A stretch of 64,000 bases of DNA, taken from the NCBI GenBank assembly GCA_963666565.1, contig OY762911.1, positions 2,560,001 through 2,624,000 on the forward strand, read 5' to 3'. The notes under the pieces are model-generated. The model did not search any database, was not told the origin of the DNA, and worked only from the letters and a program-made list of their open reading frames with translations. This document shows positions 23,504 to 32,811 of this stretch, piece by piece (the stretch's first letter is position 1; each line of letters starts with the position of its first letter). The DNA comes from Thermoanaerobaculia bacterium (lineage in GTDB: Bacteria; Acidobacteriota; Thermoanaerobaculia; Multivoradales; Multivoraceae). A program made the translations under genes and the position numbers.

Positions 23504-24819
23504 CGGTGAGCGCCGCGGGGATCACGCGTGGCGGGTACCCGGAGGCTCGCCGCCGCCGCGCGCGCCGCGAGGAGCGCGTCCCGGCGCTGGCCGCGGTCCT
23601 GCTGGCGGCGGCCGCCTTGCCCGCCGCCGGCCAGGGTCCAGCCGGCGAACTGATCTTCCCGCTCGAGCACTGGCACAACCACGGTTCGTCCGTGGTCGAA
23701 CTCCCGAACGGCGACCTGCTTGTGGCGTGGTTCCACGGCTCGGGCGAGCGGCGCTCCGACGACGTGCGGATCCTGGGCGCCCGCCTGCGAGCGGGCGCCA
23801 CGGCCTGGAGCGAGCCGTTCCTGCTCGCCGACACGCCCGGCTTCCCCGACACGAACTGCACCCTGCTGCTCGAACCGGTGGCGGCGGGGGGCCACCGGCT
23901 GTGGCTGTTCTGGCCCACGATCCAGGCGAACCTCTGGGAGAGCGCCCTGATGAAGGTCAAGGTCTCGACCGACTTCGATGGGCCGGGGCCGCCCGTGTGG
24001 CAGTGGCAGGACGTGCTCCACATGAAGCCGGGCGAGGGGTTCCACGACCTGGTGGCGGCGAAGACGGACGAGTACTTCCGGAGCCTCGGTTTCGCCGGCG
24101 CAACCGATCCGGCCGCGCCGGAGTCGGCCCGGCAGTGGGCCGCGCGCAACCTGGAGCAGGCCGCCGACAAGCTGACCCGGCGGCTCGGCTGGTTCACGCG
24201 CGCCCATCCGGTCGTCCTGCCGCTGCCCGAGGGCGGCCAACGGCTGCTCCTCGGCCTCTACTCGGACGGCTTCAGCTTCGCCTCCGCCACCTACAGCGAC
24301 GACGGCGGCCATACATGGACGATGAGCGAGCCGATCGTCGGCGGCGGCAGCATCCAGCCCACGTTCGCGCTGCGCGACGACGGCACGCTGGTCGCCTTCA
24401 TGCGCGACAACGGGCCGCCGCCGAAGCGCGCCCACGTCGCCGAGTCGCGGGACCTGGGGGCGACCTGGAGCATCGCCCGCGACCACCCGGACCTGGTCGA
24501 GACCGGCGCCGGGCTGGAGGTCCTGAAGCTCGCGAGCGGCCGCTGGATCGTCGTCCACAACGACATTCCCGATGGCCGCTACCGACTCGCGGTGTCCGTC
24601 TCCGAGGACGAGGGCCGCACTTTCAGGCACGGGCGCTACATCGAGCGCGAGGAGAAGGGCGTCGGCCGCTACCACTACCCGTCCGTCATCCAGGCCCGGA
24701 ACGGCCGCGTCCACGCGACCTACAGCTACCATGTCGCCGGCGCGCTCGACGACGGCGGCCAGGGCAAGAGCATCAAGCACGTGAGTTTCGAAGAAGCCTG
24801 GCTGCTCGGCGACGATTGA
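23500..24819 (+). CDS. BNR/Asp-box sialidase-family protein
   Basis: HGSSVVELPNGDLLVAWF. Asp boxes SDDGGHTW, SRDLGATW, SEDEGRTF. YPSVIQ. Start uncertain. Confidence 0.82.
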   Translation: MTVSAAGITRGGYPEARRRRARREERVPALAAVLLAAAALPAAGQGPAGELIFPLEHWHNHGSSVVELPNGDLLVAWFHGSGERRSDDVRILGARLRAGATAWSEPFLLADTPGFPDTNCTLLLEPVAAGGHRLWLFWPTIQANLWESALMKVKVSTDFDGPGPPVWQWQDVLHMKPGEGFHDLVAAKTDEYFRSLGFAGATDPAAPESARQWAARNLEQAADKLTRRLGWFTRAHPVVLPLPEGGQRLLLGLYSDGFSFASATYSDDGGHTWTMSEPIVGGGSIQPTFALRDDGTLVAFMRDNGPPPKRAHVAESRDLGATWSIARDHPDLVETGAGLEVLKLASGRWIVVHNDIPDGRYRLAVSVSEDEGRTFRHGRYIEREEKGVGRYHYPSVIQARNGRVHATYSYHVAGALDDGGQGKSIKHVSFEEAWLLGDD

Positions 24820-24851
24820 GATAGACCGAGAGAAACCGGGAGGAGTCCCCC

Positions 24852-26192
24852 ATGCATCGACGACCGATCTCCGCTCTGGCACTCGCCGCCATCCTCGCTT
24901 CCGGCCTGCTCGCGGGCTGCGCGCCCCAGGAAGGCGGCGGCGCGGGTGGCGAGACCTTCGCCGGCCTGCCGGTTGCAACACCCGAGAGCGCCGGCATGTC
25001 GAGCGAGCGGCTCGACCGCATCCGGCCGGCGTTCGAGAGCTACGTGACGGACGGCAAGCTGCCCGGCGTGGTCACCGTCGTGGCCCGCGACGGCCGGGTC
25101 GTCCACTTCGAGGCCAGCGGCCACCAGGACGTCGAAGCCGGCGAGCCGATGGCGGAGGACACCATCTTCCGCATGTACTCGATGACCAAGCCGATCGCCT
25201 CGGCGGCGCTGATGATCCTCTGGGAGGAGGGCCACTTCCTGCTGTCGACGCCGCTGTCCCAGGTCCTTCCCGAGTTTGCCGACACGCAGGTCTACGTCTC
25301 CGGCGACAGCGACGACATGGAGACGGAACCGCCGCGGCGGCCGATCGTCGTCCGCGACCTGATGACCCACACCTCGGGGCTGACCTACACCTTCATTCCC
25401 GGACCGGTCGCCGCCTCCTACGCGGCCGCGGGACTCGAAGGGTCGGCCGAGGCCGTTCCGCACGACGACCTTGCGCACTACGTGCGGGAACTGGCGAAGC
25501 AGCCGCTGATGGCGCACCCCGGGTCGGCCTGGAACTACAGCGTCGGCCTCGAGGTCGCGGGCCGGGTGGTCGAGGTCGTGTCCGGGCAGAGCTTTCGGGA
25601 CTTTCTGAAGGAGCGCATCTTCGACCCGCTGGAGATGGTCGACACGGACTTCCACGTCCCGGACGAGAAGCTCGACCGCCTGGCCGTCAACTACGCGCCG
25701 ACGCCGGAGGGCGGCATCGTCGTCATGGACGATCCGGAGACGAGCGCCTATCGCAAGCCGCCCAAGGTCGAGATGGGCGGCTCCGGCCTGGTCGCCACCG
25801 CCGGCGACTACCTGCGCTTCGCCCAGATGCTGGCGAACGGCGGCGAACTGGACGGCGTACGGATCCTCGGCACGCAGACGGTGGCCCTGATGATGGACAA
25901 CCACCTGGGCTCGGCCTACGGTCCGTCGCCGATGTCGAGCCTCAACCTCGACATGGGGATGAGCGAGGGGATGGGCTACGGCCTGGGCGGCTACTCGATT
26001 ACCGACACCGGGCTGACCGGCCTGCCGGCCTCGCCGGGCACCTACGGCTGGGGCGGCGCCGCCTCGACCGACTTCCTGGTCGATCCCGAGCAGGACCTCG
26101 TCGCCATGGTGCTAACCCAGTTGCTGCCGACCGGCACCTATCCGCTTCGCCCGACGATGGAGGTGCTGACGTATCAGGCGATCGTGGAGTAG
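24852..26192 (+). CDS. Serine hydrolase, beta-lactamase/class C family (probable lipoprotein)
   Basis: Lipobox LAGC, SMTK (SxxK), LMTHTSGL, WNYS, YGWGG. Confidence 0.9.
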   Translation: MHRRPISALALAAILASGLLAGCAPQEGGGAGGETFAGLPVATPESAGMSSERLDRIRPAFESYVTDGKLPGVVTVVARDGRVVHFEASGHQDVEAGEPMAEDTIFRMYSMTKPIASAALMILWEEGHFLLSTPLSQVLPEFADTQVYVSGDSDDMETEPPRRPIVVRDLMTHTSGLTYTFIPGPVAASYAAAGLEGSAEAVPHDDLAHYVRELAKQPLMAHPGSAWNYSVGLEVAGRVVEVVSGQSFRDFLKERIFDPLEMVDTDFHVPDEKLDRLAVNYAPTPEGGIVVMDDPETSAYRKPPKVEMGGSGLVATAGDYLRFAQMLANGGELDGVRILGTQTVALMMDNHLGSAYGPSPMSSLNLDMGMSEGMGYGLGGYSITDTGLTGLPASPGTYGWGGAASTDFLVDPEQDLVAMVLTQLLPTGTYPLRPTMEVLTYQAIVE

Positions 26193-26223
26193 GCGCCAGA
26201 CCCGCGCCGCTTCCGCGCAGGGC

Positions 26224-26892
26224 CTACGGGACCTGTCCTTCGGCGTTCAGGCGCCACACGATCGTCCGCCGGCACGCCTTGCAGATCGCGCCTTCGCGCA
26301 GCGAGCGGCTGAGCCGCTGGCGGGACCACGGCCTCTCGCAGCCGCACCTGCCGATCCAGCGGGGCAGCGTATGGCCGACGCTGGAGCAGCGCTCGGCCTT
26401 GCAGCCAATTTCCCGCGCCTTGGCCCGCCAGACGGCGTCGTGACGGTGCTCGACTCCGACGATCGCGTGGGCGATTTCGTGCAGCAGCGTGTCCTCGATC
26501 TCGTCCCGCGGCGCCCGAAGGCAGTAGCAGACGGAGAGGTCGATGCGCTTGCTCCGCTGGCGGCAGACGCCGGCGCGCGCCGTGGAGAGGTCGAAACCGA
26601 ACGTCCACTCGGCGCCCAGCCCGCTCCGCCGCCGATGACGCGCGAACAGACGGCGGGCCAGCTCTTCGACATCCGCCAGCGTGCATTCGCGTTCCGCTTC
26701 CCGCTCGACGACTCGCAGGAGCCGGTAGGGGACCTTCCACCGACCGTCGGCGCCCGCCGCCACGACCGCGTGGCGCTTGAGCAGCTTGGCGACGACGCCG
26801 GCGACCGACCGTCCACGCCCCGTGAACTCCACCCGGCTTCCGGGAGGAACCGCGGCGCCGGGGAAGTCGGCGGTGATGACGCTGGCGTTCAC
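26224..26892 (-). CDS. SprT-like zinc metalloprotease
   Basis: RAGVC, LLHEIAHAIVG..H.HD..W and C-terminal Zn ribbon (CGC...CKAC). Confidence 0.85.
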   Translation of the reverse strand: MNASVITADFPGAAVPPGSRVEFTGRGRSVAGVVAKLLKRHAVVAAGADGRWKVPYRLLRVVEREAERECTLADVEELARRLFARHRRRSGLGAEWTFGFDLSTARAGVCRQRSKRIDLSVCYCLRAPRDEIEDTLLHEIAHAIVGVEHRHDAVWRAKAREIGCKAERCSSVGHTLPRWIGRCGCERPWSRQRLSRSLREGAICKACRRTIVWRLNAEGQVP

Positions 26893-26951
26893 GGGGTTTC
26901 AGTCGGCGAGCGGCGCCCTGTTGCTTCGTCGCTCATGGCCGGCGCCCGGGG

Positions 26952-28811
26952 TCAATCGACCCGGTCGAAGAAGCCGGCGTTCTCGCCGATGATCGGAACC
27001 ACGAGGGCGCGGTCGAGGTAGTCGTTCCTCATCTCGCAGGAGGTTTCCGCCACGAGCGTGCAGCCATGACACGCGGCCCCGTGCAGCCAGCGCTGTTCCG
27101 TGCTCGACTGCGGCACATGCTGGGCGCACACCGGGTCGTTCGAGCACAAGGCGGCGATGTGGAGCGCCTGGCGCAGGTGATCGCCCATGCGGCGGGCCTG
27201 CTGCACCAGGCCGCCGAGCGTGCCTTCGGCGTCCGCGCTGGCGGTGTAGAGCAGGAGTCCGTAGCGCTTCGCGGCTTCGTCGACGTAGATGCGCTCCCGG
27301 ATCGAAGCTGCCGGGTAGCCGCAGCGCAGGGCGAGCGACTGGATCAGCAGGTGGGACAGGGTATGCAGCAGGACGTAGCGGCCGCCGGGGAAGGGGCGCT
27401 CGCTCTGGCCGCGGCCGCCGGTTCGACGTTCGACCCAACGCTCATGGCCCGCCCGGAGTGCCGCGCAGCGCGTCTGCACGTCCGGCTTCCGGCGCCAATC
27501 GGAGATGGCCGAGCCGTTCAGCAGGACGAACACGCCCTCGCCCCGGTTCTCGACCGCCGGGAACCAGGACGGTTCGAGCGCCAGGTCGGCGCGTTCGACG
27601 TCCGTGTCGTATTCGCCGTCGACGTTCGGGGTCGGCGCCTCGAATCGCGTGAAGCCGGCGAGGGCCGACACTTCGCGCAGTCGATGGACCTGCACGACCG
27701 CCTCGACGCGGTCCAGGAACGCGGCGCCGGTGGCCCGCCACTCGCGGGCCGGCAGGCGGCGGGCGTGGAACCGGGGGTCCACCGGAACGTTGTCGTCGTA
27801 GCCTTCGGGGGCCGCCAGCAGCGCGTCGAGTTCGGCGTGCTTCATCGGTTGTTCTTCCGGGTCGCCCGCCCGGCGGCGCTCGATGGCGGCGACGACTTCG
27901 GCGTCGTCGAACCCCTGCAGGGCCGCCTTGACCCTGGGGATGCCCTTGAGCAAGGCCAGATTCTCCTCCGTCTTGACGACCTGGAGCGTGTCCCACAGCT
28001 CGCCGACCGCCTGATCGACGACCGATCTCCGCCGCGGCAGGGAGAGGGCCGTGACGACCTGCGGAAACCAGGCGTTCGTCGCGGTGCGGATCAGCAGGCG
28101 GCTCGGCAGGTTGCAGTCCTCGTTCGCGTTGCGGCCGAGCCAGGGACGGGCGCCGTTGCAGATGCCGAGCGGCCGTTCCTCCAGCGTCTTCGCCTCGTGC
28201 ATGCCGCGGTTGCTGCCGCAACTGCAGCGAACGACGAGATTCGAGAGGTCGCCGCCGGTGCCGGTCTCGTCAAGCCGAAGTTCGCCTCTGCATTGGGACT
28301 TGCCGCCGTGGACGAAGCGATACCAGTCGATGTCGTCCACATGGCCCCGTGGGCAGCCCTGGACGAACCGGGTCGCGACCACGGGCTTGCCGTCGAACCT
28401 CCGGCGGTCGTCCAGGGCGGTGCGATGGACGATCCGGCGGGAGGTGCGGCCCGGGCGATCGCCGGCGTCGGAAGCGGCATCGTTCTGCACCAGGAACCAC
28501 TCCGGGAAGCGCGGCGAGGCGATGCCCGGCGAGTTGGCCCCTGGACGGTCAGACGCCGGGGGCGGAGCGAACAGGCCCGGCGGCGTACCGCCGGTGAGCG
28601 CCCGCAGCCGCTCCGCGAGCCTCGGTTCTTCGATCGCTTCGAGCAGATGCGGCGGCGGCCACCAGTCGAGGCCGCCGACGACCGCCGAGTCCCTGGGCAA
28701 GTCGATCAGGGCGCCCGGCCCGTAGGTCGTGATGACCTGGCTCCGGCGTACGCTGCCCCTGCTGCCGCCCTTGCCAGCCTTGCCGGCCTTGCCGCGCCCG
28801 CGCCGGGCCAT
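26952..28811 (-). CDS. drmB: DISARM DrmB (DUF1998 domain)
   Basis: VRRSQVITTYGPGALIDL, CPRGH, HTLSHLLI, GTLGGL, CSNDPVC..ACHGC..SCE..N..LDR. Directly downstream of drmA. Confidence 0.92.
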   Translation of the reverse strand: MARRGRGKAGKAGKGGSRGSVRRSQVITTYGPGALIDLPRDSAVVGGLDWWPPPHLLEAIEEPRLAERLRALTGGTPPGLFAPPPASDRPGANSPGIASPRFPEWFLVQNDAASDAGDRPGRTSRRIVHRTALDDRRRFDGKPVVATRFVQGCPRGHVDDIDWYRFVHGGKSQCRGELRLDETGTGGDLSNLVVRCSCGSNRGMHEAKTLEERPLGICNGARPWLGRNANEDCNLPSRLLIRTATNAWFPQVVTALSLPRRRSVVDQAVGELWDTLQVVKTEENLALLKGIPRVKAALQGFDDAEVVAAIERRRAGDPEEQPMKHAELDALLAAPEGYDDNVPVDPRFHARRLPAREWRATGAAFLDRVEAVVQVHRLREVSALAGFTRFEAPTPNVDGEYDTDVERADLALEPSWFPAVENRGEGVFVLLNGSAISDWRRKPDVQTRCAALRAGHERWVERRTGGRGQSERPFPGGRYVLLHTLSHLLIQSLALRCGYPAASIRERIYVDEAAKRYGLLLYTASADAEGTLGGLVQQARRMGDHLRQALHIAALCSNDPVCAQHVPQSSTEQRWLHGAACHGCTLVAETSCEMRNDYLDRALVVPIIGENAGFFDRVD

Positions 28812-31800
28812 CAGCGCTCTCCACCGCCGGCAGGATCCCGGACGTACAGGTGGACCTCGGGTTCGACGTCGCGCAAGGACCGGTTGGCCCGGAACCTTCG
28901 GTGGTGGTCCGAATCGAACTCGGTGTCCAGCATCTCCCGCAGCAGAGGCTGGCCGGCCCGCCGTTCGTAGCGCTGGTACTTAACGTCGGTTCCCACCTCG
29001 CGGTAGGCGTCGACGACGTGCTGCCAAGAGTCGAGCAGATCGGCGGTGCGGCTCCTTACGCTCCGCAGCTTCTCCTCCCGCTCCGCTTCCTCCAGCGGCT
29101 GAGCGTGGAGCCGGTCGCGGAACGCTTCTACCAGCCGGCGCTCGATCTCGGCCCGGGCGTCGGCCAGCCTCCCCACGCCCTGGGCGGGCGTCAGGGACGG
29201 TTCGGCGTGGCGGGCAAGCGCCACCAGCGCACCAGCCATCCCGCGGTCGAGCGCGCGGGCCGCGAAGGGCGTCACGCTTCCGGCCTCGACGGCGCGGTAG
29301 AAGGTCTCGTGGTAGTGGCGAAAGCGCTCGTAGTAGGAGCGGTCCCGCGGCTTGTGGACGTTCAGGAGGGTGAGCACCAGCCCCGGTCTGGCGTCGTCCC
29401 GGCCGACCCGGCTCGTCGCCTGGATGTACTCGGCGTTCGTCTTGGGCTGGCCCAGGACGACCATGAGTCCGAGGCGCTGGATGTCGAGACCGACCGAGAT
29501 CATGTTCGTGGCCAAGGCGCAGTCGACGCGGCCGCTCCGGTGGAACGGCAGGCCGAGCCTCTGGCGGGCCTGGGCGACGTCGGCGGTCGAGACCCGCGAG
29601 GTCAGCTCCAGCGGTTCCACGTAGGTCGAACGGTCCCGGAAGTACCTTCGTTCCTGGCCGATTCGCCTGCGCGCGCCATACCGCCGGAGGGTGTTCTGCA
29701 CCTCTTCTTCCACGATCCGGCGTGCGCCGCCCAGTTCGCGCAGACTGTTGAAGTAGGCCAGCACCGTCATGTACGGGTCGGCGGGGTTGGCGGCGTTGTC
29801 TCTGCCCCCGGCGTCGCGGTACGCCTTCTGGGCCGCCGCCATCAACGGCAGCAGCACGCGGCGCATCATGACCTTCGCGTTCTTCCCCGGCGACGCGATG
29901 CCCAGGTAGAGCCGCGCGGGCGTCTCGCTCGGCGGCTTGACCTGGGCGAAGAACGAATCCCGGCGGGTGAGTCCGGGCGGCGGGAAGATCTGCGTCACCG
30001 GACGGCCGAAGAGCGCCTGGATCTGGTCCCGCGCGTGGCGCGTCGTGGCCGTGGACGCGACGATCTTCGGCTTCGCCGGGCCACCGCCGCCGGACTGGCG
30101 GAGCGAGAGCGCCTCGATGGCCGTCTCGTACAGGCCGGTCATCGAGCCGAGCGGCCCCGCGATCAGGTGCAGCTCGTCCTGGACGATCAGGTCGGGGCCG
30201 GCAAGCGGCGCCGGCAGCGGCTGGCCGCGACCGGGCTCCGCGGCGCCGTAGAACCCGGCGTCGTCGTAGCGGTCGGCGCCGCCGAGGAGCGCGCCCGACC
30301 GCGCTTCCCACGGCAAGGCGGCGAACTTGTCGACCGTCGAGATCAGGAAGCAGGGCAGGCGGCGGTAGAGCGGTTCGTCGACGGCGACGATCGGCAACGG
30401 ACGGTCGCCGGAGAACTCGCATTCCCAGGCGGCGCACGCCACTCGCAGGTTCCGCGGTTCGTCCTTGTTCGGTTCCAGCGAGAAGGAGTCGGGAGTGAAC
30501 TGCTCGCCGCACCACGGGCAGTTCTCGAGCGGGATCGGCGACGGATTGCGGTCGGGTTCGCGCTGGTAGCGCGTCGTCTTGGAGCGCGCCGACTCGCTGT
30601 CGCCGTCGCCCTTGCGGCCGAGCACGTTCGGCGTGGCCGCCTTGCCGACCCAGAGTCCGATCTCGAACGGCCATTCGCCGTAGCGCTCGGGATCGTCCGC
30701 CCGCTCCAGTTCCAGCGCACAGACCAGGCCGGCGGCTCTCGCCAGCTGGTCGAGGGTCAGCAGGCGCAGGGTGTAGCGCATGACGACCGACACGCCGGCG
30801 CCGGCTCGGCCGGCGGCTTCCGGGTGGCGAAGGCGGCGCAGCACGATGGCGAAGGCGGCCAGGCCGAGGTAGGCCTCCGTCTTGCCGCCGCCGGTGGGGA
30901 AGAAGAGCAGGTCCACGAACTCGCGGTGCGGGTCTTCCGGGTCGGCGAGCGGGGCCAGGTTGAGCAGGATGAAGGCGAGTTGGAAGGCGCGCCACTTCGG
31001 GTCGTTCTCCGTGAACACGTCCGGGTTTCGCCGCCGAAGCGCCTGGGCGATGGCCCGGTTGGCGACGCGAAAGGCGTCGAGGGCCTGTTCGTCCCGCTGC
31101 AGGGCGGCGACGCCCCGTTCCATCCGGTCGGCGGCGAACTCGGCCCGTCGCAGAAGTTCCTCGGCGGTTTCGGTGTGGTCGGCGTCGATGCCCGGAAGAT
31201 CGGCTCGGCGGTCCTCGATCCACTCGCGGTAGGCGGCCGTCAGCGGTTGAAGCGCCGCCTCCGCATCGGCCGCGCCGGGCAGCGCGCCGAGCCGGTCCAT
31301 CGAGAGGTCGACGCCGGAAGGCTCGAACGTCTCCGTCTTCTCGACCTCGGCGCTCGGGATCCAGGCCGTCCGTACCGTGCGGCAACTGCCGTCTTCCTCC
31401 TGGTCCCACTCGGCCGACACGTTGTGGCCGGTGGCGTACCGGGGCGCGTCCGCGTAGTGCAGGGCCGCCACCTGCTCGTCCCAATCGTCGTCCTGGGCCG
31501 AGCGGAGGTCGGGGCGGCGTAGGAAGGGCCGGTCGCCATGCACTTCGATCTCGGCCTGGAAGGCGTACGTCGCTTCCTGGTCGTCGAACGCGTCGGCCGG
31601 CTGCCGGTTGTTCACCAGGAACACGGTGACCGCCAGGGCGCCGGCGGGAATCGCCTTGATCTCCGAAATCAGCCGGCGCTCGATGTGAAGCTGCAGGCCG
31701 CCCGAGGCGGGAACGTCGTGGACCGTGGCGCCTTCGCCGCCGCCCAGATCGACCGGGACGACCTCCTCCCGCGGCGTCCGCAGCCAGAAGCGGCGGCTTC

Positions 31801-32215
31801 CGCCGGAATCGTCCTTCTCTTCCGACCGCTCGTAGTCGCCCCAGCGGACGGTGACCCGCAGAGCCGTGTCCCCTGCGAGGAAGCTCAGCCCCATCGACGA
31901 CGGGAAGAAGGCCTTCTTCGCCGCCTTGCGGTCCTCGCTCGATTCCTCGGCAAGGCCCGACCGTTCGGGAACCTCGTCGAGGTCGTCGTCGTCTTCGTCG
32001 TCGCGGCTCGTGCTGAGCTCCGGCGGCGTACCGGAGGGAATCAGGAACCCGGTGAGGTACCAGTTCGACGGCGTTTCGTTCGCGGGCAGCCGCTCGCGGG
32101 CGAGTTCGTGACCCGCGCCGGGGCCGACGAGGTCGACCTTGAGGGCGTCGACGATGTCCTGGCGGACCTCGACGGAAGTTGTCGCCGCCGAAAGGACGGC
32201 GTCGGCTTCGGACAC
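28811..32215 (-). CDS. drmA: DISARM helicase DrmA
   Basis: DLVGP..YLTGFL N-terminus, WRAFQLAF, FPTGGGKTEAY, QDELH, STAT, TNMISVGLD, YIQATSRVGR. Confidence 0.92.
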   Translation of the reverse strand: MSEADAVLSAATTSVEVRQDIVDALKVDLVGPGAGHELARERLPANETPSNWYLTGFLIPSGTPPELSTSRDDEDDDDLDEVPERSGLAEESSEDRKAAKKAFFPSSMGLSFLAGDTALRVTVRWGDYERSEEKDDSGGSRRFWLRTPREEVVPVDLGGGEGATVHDVPASGGLQLHIERRLISEIKAIPAGALAVTVFLVNNRQPADAFDDQEATYAFQAEIEVHGDRPFLRRPDLRSAQDDDWDEQVAALHYADAPRYATGHNVSAEWDQEEDGSCRTVRTAWIPSAEVEKTETFEPSGVDLSMDRLGALPGAADAEAALQPLTAAYREWIEDRRADLPGIDADHTETAEELLRRAEFAADRMERGVAALQRDEQALDAFRVANRAIAQALRRRNPDVFTENDPKWRAFQLAFILLNLAPLADPEDPHREFVDLLFFPTGGGKTEAYLGLAAFAIVLRRLRHPEAAGRAGAGVSVVMRYTLRLLTLDQLARAAGLVCALELERADDPERYGEWPFEIGLWVGKAATPNVLGRKGDGDSESARSKTTRYQREPDRNPSPIPLENCPWCGEQFTPDSFSLEPNKDEPRNLRVACAAWECEFSGDRPLPIVAVDEPLYRRLPCFLISTVDKFAALPWEARSGALLGGADRYDDAGFYGAAEPGRGQPLPAPLAGPDLIVQDELHLIAGPLGSMTGLYETAIEALSLRQSGGGGPAKPKIVASTATTRHARDQIQALFGRPVTQIFPPPGLTRRDSFFAQVKPPSETPARLYLGIASPGKNAKVMMRRVLLPLMAAAQKAYRDAGGRDNAANPADPYMTVLAYFNSLRELGGARRIVEEEVQNTLRRYGARRRIGQERRYFRDRSTYVEPLELTSRVSTADVAQARQRLGLPFHRSGRVDCALATNMISVGLDIQRLGLMVVLGQPKTNAEYIQATSRVGRDDARPGLVLTLLNVHKPRDRSYYERFRHYHETFYRAVEAGSVTPFAARALDRGMAGALVALARHAEPSLTPAQGVGRLADARAEIERRLVEAFRDRLHAQPLEEAEREEKLRSVRSRTADLLDSWQHVVDAYREVGTDVKYQRYERRAGQPLLREMLDTEFDSDHHRRFRANRSLRDVEPEVHLYVRDPAGGGER

Positions 32216-32219
32216 GCGG

Positions 32220-32810
32220 CTATGACCCTCGCGAATGGTGAAGCAGCGAGGTCACGTCGCGCCACAGTTTGTCGAAGGATGGCGCTGCGCGTGCGGCGTT
32301 CAGGTCGAAGGCTGCGGTGAATCTGGCCTGGTGGCGCGTCGGCCGGTAGGTCTCGCCGGTAAGTGCGTTTCGGCTCAACCAGCCCTTGGCGTCCTTGATC
32401 GACTCCGGATCTCGATGCAATTCGGCCGCACCCATCGCCCGGCCGGCGATCGACTCGACGGCGGAGATGAACCAGGACTCGTACTCCACCTTCGCCAAGA
32501 CGGTACGGATGGAGCGGTCAGCGCGTGCAGCCTTGGCGCGCTCGTTTAGCTCGACGGCGAGTTCGGCGGGACAGCCGTCCTCGGCATCCAGCAGGATCAG
32601 GATTGCCCCGGCAGCGCCTGCCCGGACGGCCGCAAGCTGGACGTACCGCTCCAACTCTCCGGGCTTCACGACACTCTGGCGCTTCACTCGGATGGGCCGT
32701 GGGACGTGAATCGGAGTAGAGGGTGCCACCGCTTGTGCGATCCGCCGTAGCAGGATCGGCAGGGCCGCGACTTCACCGTGGCCCTCCACGATGGAGGCGA
32801 TCGTGAGCAT
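32220..32810 (-). CDS. DUF4276-family (TOPRIM-like) protein
   Basis: IVEGHGE...LLDAEDGCP...EYESWF...PE..KGWL...SFDKL pattern. Downstream partner of an AAA ATPase. Confidence 0.75.
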   Translation of the reverse strand: MLTIASIVEGHGEVAALPILLRRIAQAVAPSTPIHVPRPIRVKRQSVVKPGELERYVQLAAVRAGAAGAILILLDAEDGCPAELAVELNERAKAARADRSIRTVLAKVEYESWFISAVESIAGRAMGAAELHRDPESIKDAKGWLSRNALTGETYRPTRHQARFTAAFDLNAARAAPSFDKLWRDVTSLLHHSRGS

Positions 32811-32811
32811 C

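Noticed and set aside
28760-28800. Short 9-bp tandem repeats encoding GKAGKAGKGG at the DrmB N-terminus
   Set aside because: Low-complexity coding tract of about three imperfect units, not a CRISPR array or a convincing phase-variation tract.
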